The notes under the pieces: generated by a model
Databases searched by the model: none
Told to the model about the DNA's origin: nothing
The model's input: only the letters and a program-made list of their open reading frames with translations
Assembly: GCA_037968735.1 (NCBI GenBank)
Contig: JBBKWC010000014.1
Span: forward strand, 68,195-132,194
Source of the DNA: Woeseiaceae bacterium
Lineage (GTDB): Bacteria; Pseudomonadota; Gammaproteobacteria; Steroidobacterales; Woeseiaceae
DNA: 64,000 nucleotides
Direction: 5' to 3'
Made by a program: the position numbers and the translations under genes
Shown: one piece after another, positions 10,221-18,145 of the stretch
Numbering within the stretch: the first letter of the stretch is position 1
How the letters are laid out: every line of letters begins with the position of its first letter

Positions 10221-11171
10221 ATGCTGCGCAAGAATGTCCTCATCATTGCGCACCGCGGCGCGAGCGGCTATTTGCCCGAGCACACGCTGGAAGCCAAGGC
10301 ATATGCACATGCGCTTGGGGCCGACTATCTGGAACAGGACGTGGTCGCGACGCGCGACAACGAGCTGATTGTCCTCCACGACATCCATCTCGACCGGGTC
10401 AGTGATGTCAGCGAGCGATTTCCGGGTCGCCATCGCGACGACGGACGCTTCTACGCCCGGGACTTTGACCTTGCCGAGATTCGCACCCTGGTGGCAGGCG
10501 AACGTCGTGCAGGGGACGGCGTGACGGCTGCGTTTCCAGGCCGCTTTCCTGCCGGCGTAGGCACCTTCCGGATCCCGACCTTGCGCGAAGAAATAAAGCT
10601 AATTCAGGGACTTAATCGTGCGACCGGTCGCGAGACGGGTATCTACACTGAGATCAAGCGGCCTGCCTGGCACAAAGGAGAGGGCGTCGACCTGTCAGCG
10701 CTGGTATTGCAGCTTCTGGACGATCACGGTTACAGAGGCCGAAACGATTACGCGTTCGTTCAGTGTTTTGACGCTGCAGAGGTACGCCGCCTGCGGCATG
10801 AGCTTGGCTGCCAGCTGAAGCTGGTGCAGTTGCTCGCCGATAACAGCTGGGGCGAGTCAGATACGGATTATGGTCCGTTGCAAACAGCGGCCGGGCTCAA
10901 ACAGCTGGCCGAAACCGTTGACGGTATAGGCCCGTGGATTGGCCAGCTGGTGCGTACCGCGGATATCGACGGGCATGCAATCTCGACGGGCCTTGTTTCT
11001 GCTGCGCATGACGCGGGGCTGCTTGTGCACCCGTATACCTTTCGTGCCGAACAGCTCGCGCCAGGATTCGACTCGCTGCAGGAGATGGTGGCCTGGTTTG
11101 TCGAGCAGCTCGCAATCGACGGCCTGTTCACGGACTTTCCGGATCAGGCACTGGCGGCGCTTCAGCACTAG
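10221..11171 (+). CDS. glycerophosphodiester phosphodiesterase
   Basis: ORF 10083..11171, but the upstream part overlaps the previous gene. ATG 10221 gives MLRKNVLIIAHRGASGYLPEHT plus EQDV, the canonical GDPD N-terminus. No signal peptide. Confidence 0.88.
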   Translation: MLRKNVLIIAHRGASGYLPEHTLEAKAYAHALGADYLEQDVVATRDNELIVLHDIHLDRVSDVSERFPGRHRDDGRFYARDFDLAEIRTLVAGERRAGDGVTAAFPGRFPAGVGTFRIPTLREEIKLIQGLNRATGRETGIYTEIKRPAWHKGEGVDLSALVLQLLDDHGYRGRNDYAFVQCFDAAEVRRLRHELGCQLKLVQLLADNSWGESDTDYGPLQTAAGLKQLAETVDGIGPWIGQLVRTADIDGHAISTGLVSAAHDAGLLVHPYTFRAEQLAPGFDSLQEMVAWFVEQLAIDGLFTDFPDQALAALQH

Positions 11172-11362
11172 CACTATGCCGTGAAACTACGTCAATCAAG
11201 CTGAATAAATAACTGAAATTGCAGAGAAAATGTGCCACATAGTGTCGGTCGTTTTGGTAAGTCACCTGGTGCTTGCAAGCCCGTATTGAGAACCCGGTCC
11301 TTCAATACTGCGGAAAATTGCCTAATCTAGTACGCTGCCCTGCTTGATTTAAGGACCAGGCA

Positions 11363-11881
11363 ATGTTCTCGGAATCCCAGGATTTGATGTTTTTCGTCGC
11401 CGGCGGCGCATTCCTCCTCGGGTGGCTCGTGGCGAAAACCAGCGGCTTTCTGGCAAGAAAATTTAACTCCGGCAAGCGCGACCCGCGCGACGATCGAATT
11501 AGAAATCTTGAGGCCGAGCTGCGCATTGCCCGCTCTGAACTTGAGAAAAGCCGGGGGCAGCAGGAAAAGCAGAAGCAGACCTTGACGGAAGAGAATCATC
11601 TCACCGAAAAACGCGAGAGCACGATTGCCGAGTTGCAGGAGAAAATTGCCGAGCTCACCCACGATCTCAGGGAATCTGTGAAGAAAACCCGGGAATTGCG
11701 AGCGGAACTTTCCGACCGCGCGACAGAGAACGTCAGGTCAGAGGTTAAGCTTCGCGAAGTGGAAACCGAACTTTCCATCGCGCAGGCTTCGACAGATCTC
11801 ATCGCCACGGGCGTGCTGGACTACACTGTCGACTCGGATGACGAAGACGCGCCGCCAACCACGATGACCGCCGCGACCTGA
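11363..11881 (+). CDS. membrane-anchored coiled-coil protein (unknown function)
   Basis: 172 aa. N-terminal TM helix (FFVAGGAFLLGWLVA), long heptad-like charged region, acidic tail. Confidence 0.6.
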   Translation: MFSESQDLMFFVAGGAFLLGWLVAKTSGFLARKFNSGKRDPRDDRIRNLEAELRIARSELEKSRGQQEKQKQTLTEENHLTEKRESTIAELQEKIAELTHDLRESVKKTRELRAELSDRATENVRSEVKLREVETELSIAQASTDLIATGVLDYTVDSDDEDAPPTTMTAAT

Positions 11882-12000
11882 CGCCGGCGCACGTATTTTT
11901 GCTCCGAGAGTACAGGCGCCAGGTGAAATATAACCAAGTGAAATATAATGGGATGGCATCCTCACCAGGCTGAATTCCGATCGCCGTACGCTACCTGATT

Positions 12001-12768
12001 GTGCTGACTACCTTGCTGCTCACCTCCTGCGGCGCCGATCTGAATGACGTCGATATTGCAGTTTCGGCACAGTATGGCGAGGGCAAGCTGAATTGTGATG
12101 AGCGGACATCTGACATCACACTTACCGACCTGCGCCTTTTTGTATATGACCTTCATCTCATTGGAATCGACGGTAGTGAATTGCCGGTATCCCTCGTTGC
12201 CGACGATCAATGGCAGACGAGCAATACGGCGCTGATTGATCTTGAGGATGGCACGGGAAACTGTCTGAACGGGACGGCGGGAACTAACACTTTGCTACGC
12301 GCGCGTTATGCCGGAACTGCCGGAAAAGGCCTTATCTTTCGGATAGGGGTGCCGGAGACGCTGAACCATGCCAATCCATTGCTTGCAGCGCCACCGTTGT
12401 CCGATTCAGCGATGCACTGGCACTGGACTACCGGCTACAAGTTCATGCGCGCCGGCGTCAAAACAGCCGACGACGGTTTTTTCCTTCATCTTGGCAGCAG
12501 CAGGTGCGAGCGTACTGTGGAGAACGGTATTCGTTGTCGTGATTCCAATCGCCCGGAAATCAGGGTCGTGGATTTTGTGCCAGGCGATGGCCTGGTCATC
12601 GACCTTGCGGTTCTGTTTCAGGGTATCGATCTGCACGACGGCAACGCAGGGCGCTGCATGTCTGGTCTGACAGAAACCGAGTGCGTGCCACTCCTGCAAA
12701 ATCTCGGCATTACGCATCCCGGCAAGCGCCGCGACAGTGCACCGTTGGTGCGACGTGCGGGCAGCTAG
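12001..12768 (+). CDS. mbnP: MbnP-like copper-binding lipoprotein (metallo-mystery pair four-Cys protein)
   Basis: 255 aa. Lipobox LLLTSC. Paired Cys residues. AMHWHWTTGYKFMRAG segment as I recall it for the MbnP family. Immediately followed by a di-heme peroxidase. The GTG start is uncertain because the n-region is very short. Confidence 0.6.
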   Translation: MLTTLLLTSCGADLNDVDIAVSAQYGEGKLNCDERTSDITLTDLRLFVYDLHLIGIDGSELPVSLVADDQWQTSNTALIDLEDGTGNCLNGTAGTNTLLRARYAGTAGKGLIFRIGVPETLNHANPLLAAPPLSDSAMHWHWTTGYKFMRAGVKTADDGFFLHLGSSRCERTVENGIRCRDSNRPEIRVVDFVPGDGLVIDLAVLFQGIDLHDGNAGRCMSGLTETECVPLLQNLGITHPGKRRDSAPLVRRAGS

Positions 12769-13898
12769 TGCGCGTTCGCTGGATACTCGTTGCAGGTCTC
12801 GTCGCCGTCGCCCCGCTGTTGTACCTGATGCGCGGCGCGGACGATTACCGATGGTCATTGCCGGAAGGCATTCCGCCTCCTGCCGTGCCGGAGGACAATC
12901 CGATGTCGGCAATCAAAACAGAATTGGGCCGGCGTCTTTTTTATGATGTCAGGCTGTCCACAGGCGAGAGCATGTCCTGTGCAAGCTGCCACATTCAGGA
13001 ACTTGCCTTTACCGATGGGCGAGGTCGGGCAGTGGGTGCAACGGGAGAGTCGCATCCACGTGGCTCAATGTCATTGGTAAACAGTGCGTACGCAAGCCGG
13101 TTTACCTGGGCTAACCATCTGCTGGACAGCCTGGAAACACAGGCTCTTACGCCATTATTCGGCGAACATCCCATAGAGATGGGGATGGCGGGCAAAGAAT
13201 CGGACATGCTTGTGCTTCTACGTACCGACGAACGCTATCAGGCACTGTTTCCGCAGGCTTTTACGAGCGACGCAGATCCTTACTCATTGCTCAACGCCGT
13301 GCGTGCGATTGCGAGTTTTGTCCGGACCATCGTCTCATTCGACTCGCCCTACGACCGCTATATGGGCGGCGATGCTAACGCAATGACGGCCGGTCAGGTC
13401 CGTGGCATGCAGCTGTTTTTTTCGGAGCAATCTGAGTGTTTTCACTGCCATGGCGGCTTCAATTTTTCGGATAGCAGCACGCATGCCAGTTCACGCATCG
13501 ACAGCGCGGGTTTCCACAACAATGGACTGTACAACCTTGGTGAGAATGGCGGGTATCCCAGAGACAATACGGGCCTGTACGAACTGACCGGTGAGCCTCG
13601 CGACATGGGACGCTTCAAGGCACCGAGTTTACGCAACATTGCAGTCACGTCACCTTACATGCACGACGGCAGTATCGATACCCTGTCAGCGGTGCTCGAT
13701 CACTATCAGGCGGGGGGACGTCGCATTACCACGGGTGACGACGCTGGCGACGGAAGTCGAAATCCGTATAAATCAGTATTCGTGCGACCGTTCAACCTGA
13801 CTGCTGGCGAACGTCAGGACTTGCTCGATTTCCTGCAAGCGCTAACCGACGAGTCCATACGCTCAAATCCGCGACTCGCCAATCCTTTCGAGGAATAG
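12768..13898 (+). CDS. mbnH: MbnH-like di-heme cytochrome c peroxidase (CCP/MauG family)
   Basis: Two CxxCH motifs (CASCH, CFHCH) and SLRNIAVTSPYMHDGS. GTG 12768 overlaps the mbnP TAG by 1 nt; ORF track start is 12681. Confidence 0.7.
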   Translation: MRVRWILVAGLVAVAPLLYLMRGADDYRWSLPEGIPPPAVPEDNPMSAIKTELGRRLFYDVRLSTGESMSCASCHIQELAFTDGRGRAVGATGESHPRGSMSLVNSAYASRFTWANHLLDSLETQALTPLFGEHPIEMGMAGKESDMLVLLRTDERYQALFPQAFTSDADPYSLLNAVRAIASFVRTIVSFDSPYDRYMGGDANAMTAGQVRGMQLFFSEQSECFHCHGGFNFSDSSTHASSRIDSAGFHNNGLYNLGENGGYPRDNTGLYELTGEPRDMGRFKAPSLRNIAVTSPYMHDGSIDTLSAVLDHYQAGGRRITTGDDAGDGSRNPYKSVFVRPFNLTAGERQDLLDFLQALTDESIRSNPRLANPFEE

Positions 13899-13908
13899 TT
13901 GCCGCCGA

Positions 13909-14634
13909 TCACCGATGCTTCGCCGTGACCGTCAGGTCGGCACGATATCCGGTCTCACGCCACGCAAAGTAACTGGCGACGAAAAAGCAGTGCATCAGCA
14001 AGGCAACGATCCATTCAATAACTTTCTCGGCGGTATCCGCTTCCGGCAATACATTTTTCAGCACAAGGTTGAGAGCACTAAGACCGAAAGGGATCACGGC
14101 CAGCGCAAACTGCAGTCGTCCGGTCGCCAGCGTCGATGGGAGGTTCAGGGTCCTGGACAAGCCGATAGTACGGCGTGCCAGCAGGAGTTGGGCGACGATG
14201 GTGAACAGGAAATAGAAGTAGATGCCAAAGCGGCGCATGAATTCGTAAAACGGTTCCTGTGTACCGAGAAAGGTAACGTAGAGAATTAAAGCGAGCGCTC
14301 CTGCACAGCCGATCAGGCCCACGGGTGTTGCAGGAGTCCTTGGCTCGTTACTCATCCTGGAGAGCGCCGCCAGCCACGCGCCGTTATAGAGCCAGTAAGC
14401 GGTCATCAGCACCGCCTCTACCGTCATACTTGGCTTGAATATGAAACTGGCAGGCGGGTAGCGCCCGGTGGCGCTGATTGAGGTGCAACCCTCAATGTAA
14501 GGAATGCACGACGGCACCGTGCCCGACAAGATAGCGACGGCCAGGCTCAAGTGTATTGCCAGAATTGGCAGCAGGCCGGTCAGTATCGGCAAAAAGCGCA
14601 ATAACATCGCCGCAGCATAACGGCTGGACGGCAC
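13909..14634 (-). CDS. 6-TM membrane protein of unknown function, co-oriented 35 nt downstream of btuB
   Basis: 241 aa with about six hydrophobic helices. First loop CIPYIEGCTSISATGRYPPASFIF resembles the Frag1/DRAM/Sfk1-type PYIS..G..P motif (by eye). Confidence 0.65.
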   Translation of the reverse strand: MPSSRYAAAMLLRFLPILTGLLPILAIHLSLAVAILSGTVPSCIPYIEGCTSISATGRYPPASFIFKPSMTVEAVLMTAYWLYNGAWLAALSRMSNEPRTPATPVGLIGCAGALALILYVTFLGTQEPFYEFMRRFGIYFYFLFTIVAQLLLARRTIGLSRTLNLPSTLATGRLQFALAVIPFGLSALNLVLKNVLPEADTAEKVIEWIVALLMHCFFVASYFAWRETGYRADLTVTAKHR

Positions 14635-14669
14635 TCGTCAACACTGCGTTAAGTTCTGCCGTATTTGCG

Positions 14670-16604
14670 CTAGCGCCCGAATGATGCGCTTGCACCGATG
14701 TAAGCGGTTCTGCCTTCCGTCGCGTAGCCGAATACGTGCTCATAGTCTTCATCCAGGAGGTTCGCCGCTCGGATAAATAGATTGAGACTGTCAGTAATGG
14801 CATAGCTGACGGTCATGTCGACGAGCCAGTAATGTTGCAGCGAGACAGTCGCCGTGGGTTGCGGAAATGGCGGAAAGAAGGTATCGGATCGAGTGCCATT
14901 GTAGTTTGCGGACAGATGTACCGACCCGCGTTCGTCGAGAAATCGATAGTCGGCGCCGACGTAGCCACTGTGGCGAGGACGCCGGATCTCATCGACGGCG
15001 CCTGTCGGGGTATTCTCGGTTGAGTCGGTGTAAGTGTAATTTGCCTCCAGGCTCAATTCGTCAGTAGCCAGGAGGCGGGCGGTAATTTCCAGTCCCTGCC
15101 GCTTGCTTCTGCCAGAACGGTTTTCTGCCGTGGTCAGAAACGAAACCGGGTCAAAGACGAAACCATTGATCTCATCCCGCAGATCTTGCCTGAACAATGC
15201 AAGGGTTCCGTTCAGCCGCTCGTCCAACCGGACCAGCTCAACACCGAATTCGTATGAATTCGATTGCTCCGGCTTGAGTTCGGGGTTGCCGACGAACTGA
15301 CCGGGAAAGAAGCCAAACCGCTCAATGAACGTAGGCGCTTTCTGCCCGGTAGCGGCGTTGAAATAAATTCGCGTTGTGTCGGTTGCATGCCATGAGCCGG
15401 CAATTCGGCCGGTTACTACGTCTCCAAAATCACTGCTATCGTCGTATCGCAGGCTGAAGAGCCAGGTCATCGCGTCGGTGGCACGGAACTGATAGTCACC
15501 GATAATGCTGTTGACGGTCATTTCCTGGATCTGGTTCGGATCCCCAAAGATGATGTCGCCGCGCTGAACGAATTCGGTTTGCTCACTTTCTGCGGCGAAT
15601 GAGAGAACGTTGTCTGCAATATGCAGGTCGATCTGGTAGCCGACGTTCAGCCGCTCAGAATTGGCCTGTGCGTCTGCGACGCCAGCCGCAAGATTGCGGT
15701 TTTCCGTTTCCAGGAAATTGACGCTGAGACGTTGCTGCACGTCCCATTCCGGCGAGTTTAAACTGGCGGCCACTCGTGCATATAGACGCTCGCCGTCGTT
15801 GGCCAGGTCACCGTCAGCGGGGAGGCCGCTAACAAAGAAATCGATCGGATCGATTTCCGTGTACGCATCGACTTTGCGTACGCCAAAGTCGAGCGTCAGT
15901 TGATTGCTGACATCAACTCGACCATTCAGCGATGCCGTTTGAACGTCGGAGCCATCGCGCTCTGCGCCAAATCGGGACACGTTAATGCCGTCGCTCAGCA
16001 ATTGCTCGACACCGAATCCCAGTTGCCAGCGGTCGCCTCCCGTGCTTGCGTTGACACCCAGATTCCGAGTGGCATGGGAGCCCCCCTCGACATACCCATT
16101 AACGACCGGGCGTGTGTGGGCGGCGGGCACGGTGATCACGTTGACGACTGCCGAAAGCGCGTCGCTGCCCCATAGCGCTGTTTGCGGTCCGCGAACGATT
16201 TCTATGTGGTCTACATTGCCGGTAGTCAGATATTCCCAGCGAAATTCGTCGCCTCCGGCGGCGTCATTGGCCCGGATTCCGTCGATCAGAACCAGTACGT
16301 GATTAGCTTCAGCGCCGCGAACACGAACCTGGGTCTGGGCGCCCCGAGGCCCGGCCTGCGAGACCGAAAAGCCCGGCACGGCGCGAAGCAGGTCGGTAAC
16401 AAATCGCGCTTGCAAACGCTCGATCTGCTCGCGCGTGATAATGGTAGTGCTGCTACCGATCTCGCTCCGTGCCAGCGGCGTCCTCGAAGCTGTGACCACG
16501 ATCGTGTCGGCGTCGGCAATATCGGTGCTTGCTGCTGATGATTCAGCCGCTGTGCCGAAGCACAGCAATAGGGTAAGCGGTAACGGGACGATTCGAACGT
16601 ACAT
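14670..16604 (-). CDS. btuB: TonB-dependent vitamin B12 receptor
   Basis: 644 aa. Signal peptide, TonB box DTIVVTA, plug plus barrel-sized body. Directly preceded by a cobalamin riboswitch. Confidence 0.85.
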   Translation of the reverse strand: MYVRIVPLPLTLLLCFGTAAESSAASTDIADADTIVVTASRTPLARSEIGSSTTIITREQIERLQARFVTDLLRAVPGFSVSQAGPRGAQTQVRVRGAEANHVLVLIDGIRANDAAGGDEFRWEYLTTGNVDHIEIVRGPQTALWGSDALSAVVNVITVPAAHTRPVVNGYVEGGSHATRNLGVNASTGGDRWQLGFGVEQLLSDGINVSRFGAERDGSDVQTASLNGRVDVSNQLTLDFGVRKVDAYTEIDPIDFFVSGLPADGDLANDGERLYARVAASLNSPEWDVQQRLSVNFLETENRNLAAGVADAQANSERLNVGYQIDLHIADNVLSFAAESEQTEFVQRGDIIFGDPNQIQEMTVNSIIGDYQFRATDAMTWLFSLRYDDSSDFGDVVTGRIAGSWHATDTTRIYFNAATGQKAPTFIERFGFFPGQFVGNPELKPEQSNSYEFGVELVRLDERLNGTLALFRQDLRDEINGFVFDPVSFLTTAENRSGRSKRQGLEITARLLATDELSLEANYTYTDSTENTPTGAVDEIRRPRHSGYVGADYRFLDERGSVHLSANYNGTRSDTFFPPFPQPTATVSLQHYWLVDMTVSYAITDSLNLFIRAANLLDEDYEHVFGYATEGRTAYIGASASFGR

Positions 16605-16719
16605 GGTGCTGACTCCGGCAACGCTCCCCGCGCGCTACATTGGGTTTCGAACCGGAGAGACCTAGGGGAGAGAGTCAACATCTCCACCAAACCGCCCGCC
16701 GCGATCGAAGTGTGGACCA

Positions 16720-16900
16720 ATCGAAAGGCCGGTCTCCGGACTCATGAGTGACAGAAAACTGTCTTTGCCGATCGCCTTCCCACGAAATGCGCAGTGGCTA
16801 ATTGACCGGAAGTAACTCATTTACCGTTGCGGGGGCAGTGACGGGTTTGCCCAGAGGCACACCGTCTTCCCGTTTGATGTCTGAACGTAAGTCAGCCATC
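16720..16900 (-). promoter_or_regulatory. cobalamin (B12) riboswitch
   Basis: The minus strand reads AAACGGGAAGACGGTG ... CTGCCCCCGCAACGGTAA ... AGCCACTG ... GGGAAGGC ... AGTCCGGAGACCGGCC (B12 box, 16727-16742). A downstream GGTCTCTCCGG segment can pair alternatively near the GGAG RBS. Confidence 0.8.
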
Positions 16901-16976
16901 CACCTGTCGAATACGCGAACGACGATACCGAAGCGGGCAGGAAATCGCAATATCCGCGACGCGCTGGAATTTCCCG

Positions 16977-17252
16977 TCAGTAGCTGACCAGGTCGTCCCA
17001 TTTGCCGGTGCTCTTCGCTACGTGTTTGACATAGGAGCAACGCGCTTCTGCCGACTTTCCTTCTTCAGCAATTTTTGCGAAGGTTTGTTCTACCAGTCGT
17101 TCGCCGACCCCCTTGCCGCGAAGTGCGGCAGGCACTTCGGCGTGGAGCAGCTTGTAATCCGTGCCATCGAAGGAATAGTCGATAAATGCCTTTTCTCCGT
17201 CGACCATCATGACGAATTGCTTGCTGTCTCGATCGTTGTTGACGTTATCCAT
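16977..17252 (-). CDS. small GNAT-like N-acetyltransferase (YjdJ type)
   Basis: ORF 16977..17270, start set at MDNVNN. AEVPAALRGKGVGERLV acetyl-CoA loop pattern. Confidence 0.75.
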   Translation of the reverse strand: MDNVNNDRDSKQFVMMVDGEKAFIDYSFDGTDYKLLHAEVPAALRGKGVGERLVEQTFAKIAEEGKSAEARCSYVKHVAKSTGKWDDLVSY

Positions 17253-17361
17253 GTTCCTAAATCCTTTCAATTAAAATAATACGGTGTGATTGCTTATTGC
17301 TGACAACGCATTGCAACCGGCACTACGACGCCAGCGACGGGATCAGTCAGGCGCGAACGGA

Positions 17362-18114
17362 TTAACGCGTTGCCGACGGGTCCTCATATCCATATCGATT
17401 GCCTTCTTTCCAGGCGTTCCTGTCGTTGCCGTAGCGCGGGAGCCCGCCTGCTTCCTTGAGGATGCTGGCCATATGAATCAGATTCCAGGTCATGATCGTC
17501 GCGTTTCTCTGGGTAAATTCGTTGTCGAAACCTACCGGCGGCTGGTCATCACGTTCGTCTGCATAAGACGGACCGGGGCCCGCTTCACCGATCCAGCCGC
17601 AATCGGCCTGCGGAGGAACGATATAGCCCAGGTGTTGTAATGCGTAAAGAACGGTCATTGCACAGTGCTTGATGCCGTCTTCATTGCCGGTAACGACGAC
17701 GCCGCCGACTTTGCCATAAAAAATGCTCTGGCCATTTTCATTGAGTTTTCCCGACATGGCATAAAGTCTCTCAATTAGAAGCCGGCAGACAGAACTTTCT
17801 TCACCGAGCCATATGGGGGTACCCACGATTAAAATGTCGGCGTCGCGAAATTTCTTCCACAGGCGAGGCCAGTCGTCACGTTCCCAACCTTCCTTCGTCA
17901 TATCAGGCTGCACGCCGAAGGCTACCTCGTGCGCCGCCATGTGCACGTACTCGGTACTGATGCCGTGTTCGCGCATGATTTTGTCGGCGACGCTCATCAG
18001 TACGGCGGTATGTGAGTCCTTCTTGTCTCTTTTCAGGCTACAGTTGGCAAAGACGGCTTTCAGTCCAGCAGTTTTTTTCGGCTTGCGCGGTGTTACGTTC
18101 GTCTTATTATTCAT
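17362..18114 (-). CDS. flavodoxin-like / NADPH-dependent FMN reductase family protein
   Basis: 250 aa with ADILIVGTPIWLGEESS and VVVTGNEDG patterns typical of multimeric flavodoxin-like reductases. Confidence 0.8.
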   Translation of the reverse strand: MNNKTNVTPRKPKKTAGLKAVFANCSLKRDKKDSHTAVLMSVADKIMREHGISTEYVHMAAHEVAFGVQPDMTKEGWERDDWPRLWKKFRDADILIVGTPIWLGEESSVCRLLIERLYAMSGKLNENGQSIFYGKVGGVVVTGNEDGIKHCAMTVLYALQHLGYIVPPQADCGWIGEAGPGPSYADERDDQPPVGFDNEFTQRNATIMTWNLIHMASILKEAGGLPRYGNDRNAWKEGNRYGYEDPSATR

Positions 18115-18145
18115 TACGATTTCCTGTTTGCAGAAACGCTGATAC

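Noticed and set aside
11882-12000. Possible methanobactin precursor (mbnA-like small ORF) upstream of mbnP.
   Set aside because: There is no short ORF with an RBS in the 119-nt gap, and no mbnB/mbnC genes anywhere in the window.
16798-17040. Short ORFs (80 and 61 aa) upstream of btuB.
   Set aside because: They overlap the cobalamin riboswitch and the GNAT gene end. The region is explained by the RNA element.
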